DNA of 25,596 nt from a virus (Duplodnaviria > Caudoviricetes). The notes below the pieces were generated by a model, which saw nothing but the letters and a program-made list of their open reading frames with translations, did no database searches and was not told the origin of the DNA. Each line of letters starts with the position of its first letter. Position 1 is the first letter of the stretch. Location: IMG/VR virus record IMGVR_UViG_3300046374_000007, positions 1 to 25,596 of that record; one strand, written 5' to 3'. The position numbers and the translations under genes are program-made. Below, in pieces: positions 15,342 to 24,044 of this stretch.

Positions 15342-15782
15342 ATGAACATTGCACTTGACGAGGACGCGCTCGCCGGCCTCAAGACAACGTCGCGCGAAAG
15401 CAAGCTCTCGATCGCGGAGCGAATCGCCGTCTACGCTTTCCATCTCAAAGGCGTGCCGGCCAAGCTGATCGCCCGCACTTTTGGCGTGCGGCCAAACGCC
15501 GTTTACTACATCACCAATTGGATCCATACCGCCGCGCATGAGAACGTGAAAAACGCCTTTGAACAAATGGGCGAGGAAAAGGTCTGGGCCGAAATCGTCA
15601 CCCAAGCGCAAATCGAATCCATCAACGACGGAATGCACAAACTCCTACAAGGAAAACCGCTCAATGACCGCCGATATAGCCGGAACCTTAGCCGTGGCTC
15701 TCGCCCTAGACGAGCCAGAGCAACTGATAGCGTACCTGAAGCAGCAAGTGATGATTCGAGCGGAGGCGGTGACGCCGCTTGA
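15342..15782 (+). CDS. HTH-like DNA-binding protein
   Basis: KLSIAERIAVYAFHLKGVPAKLIARTFGVRPNAVYYI; start moved to ATG 15342, downstream of the promoter. Confidence 0.75.
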   Translation: MNIALDEDALAGLKTTSRESKLSIAERIAVYAFHLKGVPAKLIARTFGVRPNAVYYITNWIHTAAHENVKNAFEQMGEEKVWAEIVTQAQIESINDGMHKLLQGKPLNDRRYSRNLSRGSRPRRARATDSVPEAASDDSSGGGDAA

Positions 15783-15879
15783 CGTTCACCTGGCCAACAA
15801 ATGGGAGGCGGTTGCGGAAGGCCTGGCCGAGATTGAGACAAGCCTAAGCGATGTCAAACGATCGCCATCAGCCGCCTGA
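15664..15879 (+). CDS. Hypothetical protein overlapping the upstream gene
   Basis: AAGGA SD; MTADIAGTLAVALALDEPEQLIAYL... Confidence 0.6.
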   Translation: MTADIAGTLAVALALDEPEQLIAYLKQQVMIRAEAVTPLDVHLANKWEAVAEGLAEIETSLSDVKRSPSAA

Positions 15880-16036
15880 CGTCAGCATCAGCAGCGGCCC
15901 CGATGGCTGTGTTCACGTCAGCATCAGCGCGCCGCTCGTCCTCTCGCCTAAGCAGGCGTTCGAGCTCGCCTCCCAATTGATGGAGCACGCCAAGCTCGCC
16001 AAAGCGGCCAAGGCTCGTGAAACGCCGCAAGTCTGA
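15851..16036 (+). CDS. Hypothetical protein
   Basis: Part of the chain of overlapping ORFs; LSPKQAFELASQLMEHA motif seen in small phage proteins. Confidence 0.6.
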   Translation: MSNDRHQPPDVSISSGPDGCVHVSISAPLVLSPKQAFELASQLMEHAKLAKAAKARETPQV

Positions 16037-16223
16037 TTACCACGCATACTATCACGAGCGCTGCCGCAAGCTGGCGCCGCGCACCATCGATTGGCCAAAC
16101 CACGCCTACGAAGACGTGCTTGCTCTTTTGATGGCGGACTATCCTGAAAAGACGGAGGCGCAGTGCGTCATCGCGCTCGCCAATATGGAATTATATGCGC
16201 CGCTTGTGGGGCCGCGAGCGTGA
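16017..16223 (+). CDS. Hypothetical protein
   Basis: GTG start; stop overlaps the GTG of the next gene. Confidence 0.55.
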   Translation: MKRRKSDYHAYYHERCRKLAPRTIDWPNHAYEDVLALLMADYPEKTEAQCVIALANMELYAPLVGPRA

Positions 16224-16498
16224 AAGTTCTGGTCGCGTGCGAATTCAGCGGCGTTGTTCGCGAAGCGTTTCGGGCCCGCGGCCACGACGCTGTAAGCTGC
16301 GATCTTCTGCCCGCCGAGGACGACAGTCCGAATCATATCATCGATGACGCAAGGTCATTGAGAATCCGGTCATGCATGGTCACGCTGCGCATCTGATCGG
16401 GCATCGGGCGAGCCAGTTCGTCCAGCCTCAATGGCGTTGCAGACGCGATGGCGGCGCAGTGGGGCCGCGAGGATAGCGGGGATAAGCCTCAATCGTGA
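16220..16498 (+). pseudogene. DNA cytosine methyltransferase-like pseudogene with two internal deletions
   Basis: Frame 2 VKVLVACEFSGVVREAFRARGHDAVSCDLLP; frame 1 IENPVMHGHA...QFVQP (16357-16428); frame 2 GVADAMAAQWG (16433 on). The catalytic PPC block is absent. Confidence 0.8.
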
Positions 16499-16546
16499 TT
16501 TGATGAAGTCGATGGGCGGAGCGCATCTTGCCCAACGCTAAGCGCG

Positions 16547-19189
16547 ATGCGCTCCCAAAACCCGCGCCCGCGCGAGGAACAGGTCTTGCCCCGCAATCCT
16601 AAGACTCCTCCGCCGCATCTGCAACCCGTGGACGAGAAAGATTGGACGCTCGATATTCCCGAGGCGCAAAAGCCGCCGATCATGGAACAGCGGGACTACA
16701 CCAGGATCGCCTGGCGCCAGCTCGGCTCAGCCGTTCATTACTGCCTGCCGCGCGGCGACAAGGGAATCGACGAGGACGAGGGCGAAGAGCTTCACATAAC
16801 CGATCCCGATCTTGCGGAATGGCGCCAGAGGGTCAATCGGCAAAAGCTCAACGCCGCCATCTTCCTTCAGCAGGGCGTGGTCGATGTCGCCTTCTTTGGG
16901 CCCGATCAGACGCTCAACGAATGCTTCTTTCAGGCGTGCGCCAAAGTCGGAATCGCGCCTCGCTTCGCGATAGGCCGGCGATCGAAGCCCTTCGCAACCT
17001 CGATCCTGTTCAAGCTCCGCGACGACGAAGCCAAGCGGCTTGACGACGAATATTCATCCTTTAAGCCGAAGGCCTTCACGCTGGGCGACGAGCGCCGCGG
17101 CGTCATCATCCGTTACGCGCCGCCGATCAGGCGCGGCTCTAAGTCGCATGTCACCACGACGTTGCTCCCAGGCTCGCTTCTCTGGACGCCGGATGGAAGC
17201 GCCTACGACTTGCTCGAGTGGCGCACGGAGGCCGGCACAGAGCTCGGCAAGCCGCAAAAGACCAGCATCCAGACGCTTGAATTTTTTCAGTTGGTGCGGG
17301 CCGCGGCGTTCGCCTCAATCCTCAGCGTGATTTCCGCCAAGACCTGGCAGACTCAAGTTGCACCGCGGGCCTTTGCCGAGTGGCTCGCCCGCGTCGTTCG
17401 TGACGGCGCAGCAATCAACGCCAATGTCATCTTTGCTAAAGCGGCCCGCGCTATCGTCGCTGACCCAAATCATGCCGAAGCTTTGATTGCGCTCATCTGC
17501 CAATATCGCTGCGCGCCCATTGACGTGGACGCCACGCGCGCATTCTGCCTCGAGACTTTCCAATTCGCGCGCAAGCGACTCGAGGCCGATCCAGCAAGGC
17601 TCGACGTCGCCGGCTGGGCCAGCATCGCTCGGATCTTTGGCGAAGAGACGCAAAAGGCTTTCCGCGCTCTTCTCAATGTCGGCGCTGATTCGACGCTTCT
17701 CGAGGATTTCGCGGAGCGGTATCTCTTCCATTTGAATCGCAGCGCATTCATCGACCGCCAGGCTTTCAAGGAGGGACAAGCCACCTTTGTTTTCGCGAAG
17801 GACGATTTGATTCTGCGCCACGCGCCCAATCAGATTCAGACCAAAAAGAAGGCGGTCGAGGCGTTCCCAATCTTCGTTAAATCGCAGCTTCGCCAAGACG
17901 TAACCGATGTTGAGACTCATCCAGACCATCTCCCCGGCTCGATCATTCGCGTGACCCGCGAGGGCGCAACGATCCCCGACAACGATTACGCGCCCGAGCA
18001 TAGCCGTCTGATTTTCAATGAATGGCGCGGCCTTTACGTTCGACCAGCGAAGACGATCGACGCTGCGCTGCGCGCCGAATGCGCCGAGAAGTTAGACCAC
18101 ATGTTGAGCTTGGTCACCAATCGACATAATGGGCGAGCCGATTGGATCAAGGCTCATTTGGGCTGGACGCTGAAGAACCCAGGCAAAAAACAGCAGGTCG
18201 CCTTGGTTTGCACAGGCGATCAGGGAACCGGCAAGACCTTCTTGTGCACAACCTTCGCGCAAGCGGTGTTTGGCCGGTACGCCGACACCGCCAGCGTCAG
18301 AGCGCTTGACGGCCAGTTTTATATCGCCGGCTATCTCGGCAAGCTGTGGGTCAGCCACGACGAGTTTGTCTCGAGCTTCGACAACGCCGAGATTCTCAAG
18401 ACGTTGATCCGCGGCTCACGCGTTTCGGGCGAGATCAAGGGGCGCGATACAGCGACCTACACCATCTTTGCTCGCCTGGCCTTCACTTCGAATGAGGCGA
18501 ATCCCGGCATCAGCCGCGGTCGAGACGATCGAGGCTTGTTTCAGGTGACGTCGATTTCGGCGCAGAGCGAAGGGCTCTTGCCTGGCGAGTTTCACGACAG
18601 GATGAAAAAGGAAGTTGCGCCGTTCTATGAGGCTTACGACGCCTTTCTGCAGCGCGACGCCGTGCGCCAGGCCTATGTCAGCATGTTGATCGACTGCGCG
18701 CCAGAGAAGATCGCTGAAGTTGAGGATTTGACGTTCTCGGCCATGCGCGACGAGGACGTGGCGCGCTCGCACCTGACCAACGCGCAATTGGTCGCGCGCA
18801 TTATCCTCGAGAGCGGCACGATCCACGGCGGGCACGACATTGCGATGCCCTTCCGAGATTCTGAGATCTTCAATCGCGTTCAGAGCGTGACCAAGGACAT
18901 GGGAATCCGCGGAATGCGGCCGATGGCGGTTCTTGATGAGTTTTTCAACGCCGGCATCCTGGGCCGCATGAGCGACGGCGCATATTTGTTCAAGTGGAAG
19001 ATCGCCGGACTCCAACGCCTTTACGGAATCTATCTAGGCGTCAAGTTGCACTCGCAGCATCCGCTCGAGCCGAACGACGATCGAGAGAACGACTACCAAT
19101 TGGGAGACGCAATGGAGCCGTGGAAGGGGCGCAAGAGCGACGACGGCGGCTATCGGGACAGCGATGAATATGAGGGCGTCAAATGGTGA
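16547..19189 (+). CDS. Primase-like domain fused to SF3 helicase (NrS-1/DUF5906-like)
   Basis: Walker A GDQGTGKT (18215-18238), Walker B LWVSHDE, motif C FTSNE, DDR arginine finger. N-terminus resembles a Prim-Pol domain. Exact start uncertain. Confidence 0.85.
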   Translation: MRSQNPRPREEQVLPRNPKTPPPHLQPVDEKDWTLDIPEAQKPPIMEQRDYTRIAWRQLGSAVHYCLPRGDKGIDEDEGEELHITDPDLAEWRQRVNRQKLNAAIFLQQGVVDVAFFGPDQTLNECFFQACAKVGIAPRFAIGRRSKPFATSILFKLRDDEAKRLDDEYSSFKPKAFTLGDERRGVIIRYAPPIRRGSKSHVTTTLLPGSLLWTPDGSAYDLLEWRTEAGTELGKPQKTSIQTLEFFQLVRAAAFASILSVISAKTWQTQVAPRAFAEWLARVVRDGAAINANVIFAKAARAIVADPNHAEALIALICQYRCAPIDVDATRAFCLETFQFARKRLEADPARLDVAGWASIARIFGEETQKAFRALLNVGADSTLLEDFAERYLFHLNRSAFIDRQAFKEGQATFVFAKDDLILRHAPNQIQTKKKAVEAFPIFVKSQLRQDVTDVETHPDHLPGSIIRVTREGATIPDNDYAPEHSRLIFNEWRGLYVRPAKTIDAALRAECAEKLDHMLSLVTNRHNGRADWIKAHLGWTLKNPGKKQQVALVCTGDQGTGKTFLCTTFAQAVFGRYADTASVRALDGQFYIAGYLGKLWVSHDEFVSSFDNAEILKTLIRGSRVSGEIKGRDTATYTIFARLAFTSNEANPGISRGRDDRGLFQVTSISAQSEGLLPGEFHDRMKKEVAPFYEAYDAFLQRDAVRQAYVSMLIDCAPEKIAEVEDLTFSAMRDEDVARSHLTNAQLVARIILESGTIHGGHDIAMPFRDSEIFNRVQSVTKDMGIRGMRPMAVLDEFFNAGILGRMSDGAYLFKWKIAGLQRLYGIYLGVKLHSQHPLEPNDDRENDYQLGDAMEPWKGRKSDDGGYRDSDEYEGVKW

Positions 19190-19860
19190 GGCAGGGCGCC
19201 GATCGCGGCCCACTGAAGGAACGCGAACATGACCTTTACGAAACGCACGCATGCGCCACGCGCGCTCTGATCCGCACCGGATGCCTGAACCAGTTTCGTG
19301 TGCTCTATGAGCCATGCGCAGGCCGTGGCGCGATTTCTCGCGAGCTCAAGGCCGGCGGCTGGCGCGTCATCTCGTGCGATTTGATGGCATACGAAGGCCG
19401 CGACGACGACATTCAGACGGGAGTCGACTTCTTCAAGTCATTCCAGGTCATGTATCTTCAAGCGATCGTTTCAAATCCGCCGTTCCGCCAGGCCGATGAT
19501 TTCATCCGGCACGGGATTCGGCTCGGGTTGCCGGTGATCGTGCTTTTGCGGCTGATGGCGCTCGAGGGCGCCGGCCGCGCCGACATCCTCCAGCATCTGC
19601 ATCACGTATACGTCGGCATTGAGCGTTTGCCGAAATTTCAGCGCGACAACTGGAAGGGGAATAGGCTGAAGACGGAAACCGCGCCTTTCGCCTGGTTCGT
19701 CTTTTTGCCGTTAAAAAGACAAGGTGACACGTTCACCGTTTCCCGTGTAAGCTGGCGTGAGGAGGTCAAAGATGGGTCTGATCTCGAGCCTGGCCTTAGC
19801 TCATATCCTCCTTCTACGACGGGACTTTTCTACGCCGCATCTCAAGGAGACGATCAATGA
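19183..19860 (+). CDS. SAM-dependent amino-methyltransferase, likely DNA N6-adenine
   Basis: DLYET, YEPCAGRG (motif I), GVDFF, IVSNPPF (motif IV). Confidence 0.82.
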   Translation: MVRQGADRGPLKEREHDLYETHACATRALIRTGCLNQFRVLYEPCAGRGAISRELKAGGWRVISCDLMAYEGRDDDIQTGVDFFKSFQVMYLQAIVSNPPFRQADDFIRHGIRLGLPVIVLLRLMALEGAGRADILQHLHHVYVGIERLPKFQRDNWKGNRLKTETAPFAWFVFLPLKRQGDTFTVSRVSWREEVKDGSDLEPGLSSYPPSTTGLFYAASQGDDQ

Positions 19861-20438
19861 CCACGACAGCTTCCGCCTACGCCGCCAATCTCAAGCAGTT
19901 TAAGGGCGAAGTCGCCTTCGCGATCGCCGCCGGCAAGGTTTACGGCCGCACCAAGATGTCGACCGACATCAGCGCGATCGTCGCCGCGCTCGCCACCGAC
20001 ACGACCAAGCACGACAAAACGATGGAAGCCGCGCCGGTTGCGCTGCGCATCGGCAACGACAAATCGGGATTCACCAACCGGGTCCTCCACGCGGTCAATA
20101 AGGGCAAGGGCGAGAACCTGACGACGACCGACATGCACGATGCGCTGAACACGGCGCTCGCGGCCGTGGTCAAGCCGGTCAACGTCGACGTGCCCCATGT
20201 GTCAGGAACCGGCGCCGTTGGGCAAACGCTTTCCAGCACGGTGGGCATTTGGAGCTTTGTGCCGACGAGCTATTCCTATGCCTGGCAGCGCGCCGGCGTG
20301 GCGATCGCAGGCGCGACTCTCTCGTCCTACACGCTCGTCGCCGCCGACAGCGGCAACGCGATCGGCTGCATTGTGACGGCGACCAATAGCGCCGGCTCGA
20401 CCGCGGCCCCGATCTCAAACACGATTCTATGCGCGTGA
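19857..20438 (+). CDS. Protein with C-terminal Ig-like beta-sandwich, possibly virion-associated
   Basis: AAGGAG SD; PVNVDVPHVSGTGAVGQTLS..G.W...PTSYSYAWQR.GVAIAGAT.SSYTLVAADSG.AI.C.VTATN.AGS. Confidence 0.75.
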   Translation: MTTTASAYAANLKQFKGEVAFAIAAGKVYGRTKMSTDISAIVAALATDTTKHDKTMEAAPVALRIGNDKSGFTNRVLHAVNKGKGENLTTTDMHDALNTALAAVVKPVNVDVPHVSGTGAVGQTLSSTVGIWSFVPTSYSYAWQRAGVAIAGATLSSYTLVAADSGNAIGCIVTATNSAGSTAAPISNTILCA

Positions 20439-20445
20439 GGCGAAC

Positions 20446-20637
20446 ATGCCGAAGATTCTCGAGGACGCCGTCAAGCGGATCAAGGCAAAGGGCCACTCGA
20501 TCTCGAGCGCCTACGCCATCGCGACAAGCGCGCTGCAGAAAAGCGGAAGCCTGAAGAAGGGACATAACACCGCGACCAAGAAAGGAATCGCGCGCGGAAA
20601 CATGAGCCGCGCCCAGAGGCATAAGACCGCGCCGTGA
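20446..20637 (+). CDS. Small basic phage protein
   Basis: GAGG SD; MPKILEDAVKRIKAKG..SSAYAIAT.ALQKSG. Confidence 0.75.
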   Translation: MPKILEDAVKRIKAKGHSISSAYAIATSALQKSGSLKKGHNTATKKGIARGNMSRAQRHKTAP

Positions 20638-20945
20638 GTGCGATACGCCAGCAATCAAGAGCCCGCGGGCTGGCGCTATTTTTTCTGGCGATGACGTCAA
20701 CGAATCCCGCGGCCGCGAAATGCCACCTATTCTCGGTTTGGCATTACCCCAAGCCGCAAAGGTGCTTTACAGCGCTCGCCTACTCTTTTCGGCATGAAAC
20801 ACGCTTCGTTCCAAAGAGCGAATCGGAACCGAAACACGAACAGATTGGGATTCCCGTTATACTCTTGCCATTCGAACCCGCTCCGGAAGGGGATGAACAC
20901 ATGCGCGGCATTGCGAAATTGCGCGCTTTGATGGATGCTCGCTGA
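20634..20945 (+). CDS. Small putative secreted protein
   Basis: GTGA overlap; signal-like GLALFFLAMTSTNPAAA followed by C-X13-C. Confidence 0.55.
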   Translation: MSAIRQQSRARGLALFFLAMTSTNPAAAKCHLFSVWHYPKPQRCFTALAYSFRHETRFVPKSESEPKHEQIGIPVILLPFEPAPEGDEHMRGIAKLRALMDAR

Positions 20946-20969
20946 GCCGCACTCGATTGGAGTCTCTCA

Positions 20970-21335
20970 ATGGCGCAAGCCCCGCAACCGCCAAACCGGC
21001 CCGCACCAGGGCCAGCGAAGCCGCCGCTTCGCGATCCCGCTGAAGGCAAGCCGCCGGCGATCGGCGGAGGTCATCTCGCCAAGCAAGGCGAAGAGATCAA
21101 TCCTGGCGCCGGCTATGCGCGGCCGATCGGCGTCAAAGGCGAGCCCATCGAAGACGGCGAGCGCGATCCCGATACTGTCGCGGAAGAGCAGCGCCGGCGC
21201 TCGGCCGAGATCGAGGCGATGGGCGTCGAGGCTTACAAGGACTCGATCGACGAGCGTACTCCTGAACAGAGATCGGAGCACGCGGCGGTCGAAGGCGCGC
21301 GTCGGGTTGAGCATCACGCCGAAGGCAAGAAGTAA
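20970..21335 (+). CDS. Pro-rich/charged, largely disordered protein
   Basis: GGAG SD; TAATG coupling to the next gene. Confidence 0.7.
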   Translation: MAQAPQPPNRPAPGPAKPPLRDPAEGKPPAIGGGHLAKQGEEINPGAGYARPIGVKGEPIEDGERDPDTVAEEQRRRSAEIEAMGVEAYKDSIDERTPEQRSEHAAVEGARRVEHHAEGKK

Positions 21336-21991
21336 TGGCTGTTTTCGCGCCTAGCGACAGCCCCCCAACGGGCGGCGACCAGAACGGGTTTATGTCCTGG
21401 CTCAACAATCTTCCGGCCGCGACGCAAGCAGCTATCATGCGGACGATGAACTTCACCAATCCGATTTCGCCCGCGGCGGCGGACACCCTTACCCAAGCTC
21501 AGAATCCGCTTAACAATCCATCGCCGGTTCCGGCCGCGCTCTCTGGCGGCGGTCCTCCGGTGCCTGATTCGCTCGTCGGGCATGGCGACGGTCCTCCGTC
21601 TCCTCTGCCACCTGTCATTAGCGCGCCGCCTCTTGTTGGCGGCGGCGGCGGCTCTTCGGGCGGCGGCGGTGCAAGCAGGCAAGTTCAGATGGGCCCGGAA
21701 GGACCGGCGGCTTCGCCTGTCAGCATTCCGATCGGCGGCGGTCCAGGCAACACAATGGAAGCGCCTACCGGCACAGCAGCCCCTGTGCGGCCGGTTCGCG
21801 TGGCGCGCATCCATCCAGCGGCCCGCATCCACCCAGCGGCGATTGCCCAGGCCCAGACAGCGCTCGCGCCAGGCGGCGGGGGCTACTACAGTCCTACGAC
21901 CGGCAACGCGCGCGGCGCCACCTGGGCGCCATACACGGATCCCAACGATCCGCGCATTTTCCGCGGCGGCCCGTTGGCGCGTCCAGTCTAG
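21335..21991 (+). CDS. Pro/Gly/Ala-rich low-complexity protein
   Basis: Coupled start; GGGGGSSGGGG tract and duplicated ARIHPA. Confidence 0.65.
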   Translation: MAVFAPSDSPPTGGDQNGFMSWLNNLPAATQAAIMRTMNFTNPISPAAADTLTQAQNPLNNPSPVPAALSGGGPPVPDSLVGHGDGPPSPLPPVISAPPLVGGGGGSSGGGGASRQVQMGPEGPAASPVSIPIGGGPGNTMEAPTGTAAPVRPVRVARIHPAARIHPAAIAQAQTALAPGGGGYYSPTTGNARGATWAPYTDPNDPRIFRGGPLARPV

Positions 21992-21994
21992 GGG

Positions 21995-22023
21995 TTGACA
22001 AAATAGGGTTCGTCTCGTACCTG
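21995..22023 (+). promoter_or_regulatory. Sigma70-like promoter for the downstream replication genes
   Basis: TTGACA-N17-TACCTG in an intergenic gap. Confidence 0.5.
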
Positions 22024-22071
22024 TTCGCTTAGCGATTCCAAAGAACGGAATCTGCAAAGCAAAGGTGCATC

Positions 22072-22572
22072 ATGAAACCCGAAACCGAAGCCGCGTGCCA
22101 ATTCGCGCTCTCCGCGCTCGCCAAAGCCAGCGCTTGCTTGGCCGGCGAAGCCAAAGATGTCATCTCCTCCAACGATCCCGCGGAATTTGTCCGCTTTTAC
22201 GCGGACATGCGTGAGCAAGCCGAATCGCTGCGCGAGTCAGTCGCCGTCTTCTCCAAGCTTGAACAGAACTTTTCTTACGAGCAGATCCCGCTCTCCTTCG
22301 ATCGCGCCGGAATCCAGAATGTTCGCGTCACCGGCTATGGGCTCGTCGGTCTGACCCGCCGATGGTCATGCAGCTTTCTTGACGGCAAGAAGGAAGAGGG
22401 ATTCGCCTACCTTCGCGATCACGGCCAGGGCGGCATGATCATCGAAACCGTTCCGGCGCCGACTTTGGGCGCCTGGGCGCACGCCGTCACAGATGAGACG
22501 GGAATCGAGCCGCCGGACGACATTTTCAAGACTTCCGTCGCGCGCTCGGTATCGCTCCGGAGGTCGAAGTGA
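22072..22572 (+). CDS. Conserved phage replication-module protein upstream of SSB
   Basis: Coiled coil then FAYLRDHGQGGMIIETVPAPTLGAW, a pattern typical of the gene preceding this SSB type. Confidence 0.7.
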   Translation: MKPETEAACQFALSALAKASACLAGEAKDVISSNDPAEFVRFYADMREQAESLRESVAVFSKLEQNFSYEQIPLSFDRAGIQNVRVTGYGLVGLTRRWSCSFLDGKKEEGFAYLRDHGQGGMIIETVPAPTLGAWAHAVTDETGIEPPDDIFKTSVARSVSLRRSK

Positions 22573-22781
22573 GCCGTGAAAAGCATATCGCGTCGTGCAA
22601 AAGACGCGCCCTCAAAGACCTCGATGCTGGCGATCTCATAAAGACCGTCATCTCGATGATCAGCAATATGCAAATCCTCAGTGTTTCCGAAGTTGACGCG
22701 GATCAAATGCTGATCGGATTGAAAGCAGCTGTGGAAGGCGACACGCATACAGTGCGCCGCTGGATCGAGGGCTTCCGGTGA
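22569..22781 (+). CDS. Small hypothetical phage protein
   Basis: REKHIASCKRRAL..LDAGD...SMIS....VRRWIEGF; GTGA overlaps on both sides. Confidence 0.75.
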   Translation: MSREKHIASCKRRALKDLDAGDLIKTVISMISNMQILSVSEVDADQMLIGLKAAVEGDTHTVRRWIEGFR

Positions 22782-23701
22782 ACCCCTCCAAGCCCCGCTA
22801 CACCGTCAGAGAAGGCAAAATGGTCATGGCTCAAGATATCGCGCCGGCGAGCAGATTTGCTCTCCCCGCGCATCTACAAGGCAAGCCGAAAACCGCCAAT
22901 TGGGGCGACATTGACCCGAGGCAACGCATGCTGCCGCGCATCAAACTCCTCCAGGCATCCAATCCCGAAATCGTCGACTATCCGGGCGAAGCGAAACCGG
23001 GCGAATTCTGGCACACGACGCTAACTCAGAGCCTGGGTCCGGAGATTCTCGCGGTGCCGATCGTGCGCCGCCAGAGCTACACACTGTGGGCCCCGCGCAC
23101 GCCGGGCGAAACGCGTGGGATTCTCGCTCGCGCGCGGGACTATCTTCATTGGGATCCGCCAGAAGGCGAATTTCATATTCGTTTCCCGATGAATCCAAAG
23201 ACTTACACCTGGAAGCTCGCGCGCACCGTGCGGGAATCCGGCCTGGCGGAATTTGGCTCAAGCCGCGACGACGATCCTAAGTCGCCGCCCGCAGCTACGC
23301 TCACGTTTGAGGTTTTGTGGTTTCTCCCCGAATGGAACACGCTCGCGCTGACCATGAACACGCGCTCGGGCGTCAAAGAAGCGAGGAAGTTATTCGCGAG
23401 CGTTGATGCAAAGCCTGTCAATCCATTCGATCAACGATACAAGATTTGCTCTGTTCGCGAGCAAGGTCCGCAGGGCGAAGTTTACTACGGCTACAAATAT
23501 CGCTCAGACGGATATTGCGACGAAGCTCTCTCAGCGATTACCGAACCATTGTTTGCACAGTGGCGCGATGTCGCCTTTGCAAGTGCTGACGAGACAGAAG
23601 ACGAAGAGTCGTTGCGACCTCCGATTCAACGTGAGTCACCGGCGCCAGCAACCAGAGGCGAAGCAAAGGTTATTGATGACGAAGATCCGATCCCGTTTTG
23701 A
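22778..23701 (+). CDS. Single-stranded DNA-binding protein (putative)
   Basis: LPRIKLLQASNPE...KPGEF motif, aromatic-rich core, acidic C-terminal tip DDEDPIPF. Confidence 0.7.
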   Translation: MNPSKPRYTVREGKMVMAQDIAPASRFALPAHLQGKPKTANWGDIDPRQRMLPRIKLLQASNPEIVDYPGEAKPGEFWHTTLTQSLGPEILAVPIVRRQSYTLWAPRTPGETRGILARARDYLHWDPPEGEFHIRFPMNPKTYTWKLARTVRESGLAEFGSSRDDDPKSPPAATLTFEVLWFLPEWNTLALTMNTRSGVKEARKLFASVDAKPVNPFDQRYKICSVREQGPQGEVYYGYKYRSDGYCDEALSAITEPLFAQWRDVAFASADETEDEESLRPPIQRESPAPATRGEAKVIDDEDPIPF

Positions 23702-23865
23702 GTGACGACCGAGAACGGCAATTGAGGATTGAATTGATGACTACACAAGTCGACCTCTACCGTAAGCAGGCGCGTTGGGAGACTCTGAAGGCGCTCGCAG
23801 TGCTGGCAAGCGCAGTAACGGCTATGGCGGCGCTCATCCTCACCGTCGCGCATTTCATCAAATGA
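23698..23865 (+). CDS. Small protein with C-terminal TM
   Basis: Not in the track. TTG overlapping the SSB stop (or ATG 23737): SDDRERQLRIELMTTQVDLYRKQARWETLKALAVLASAVTAMAALILTVAHFIK. Confidence 0.6.
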   Translation: MSDDRERQLRIELMTTQVDLYRKQARWETLKALAVLASAVTAMAALILTVAHFIK

Positions 23866-24044
23866 TGATCGTCGAGGTTCCCGCTCGTCCGACGCGCGAG
23901 AAACTCGCGAAGATCATTGCGCTTGCCGACGATCAGCGGGCGGACGGCAACATGCGCCGAACGGCTAAGCGCATTCTTGCTCGCTACGCCAAGCATTTCC
24001 CCGACATGGTGAAACGCAAAGATGATTCACGCCAAGATCGATGA
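23862..24044 (+). CDS. Hypothetical basic protein
   Basis: ATGA overlap; MMIVEVPARPTREKLAKIIALADD... Confidence 0.6.
   Translation: MMIVEVPARPTREKLAKIIALADDQRADGNMRRTAKRILARYAKHFPDMVKRKDDSRQDR

Noticed and set aside
16424-16493. 9-bp direct repeat AGCCTCAAT as a target-site duplication
   Set aside because: It flanks only the native C-terminal methyltransferase fragment, with no inserted element; likely coincidence.
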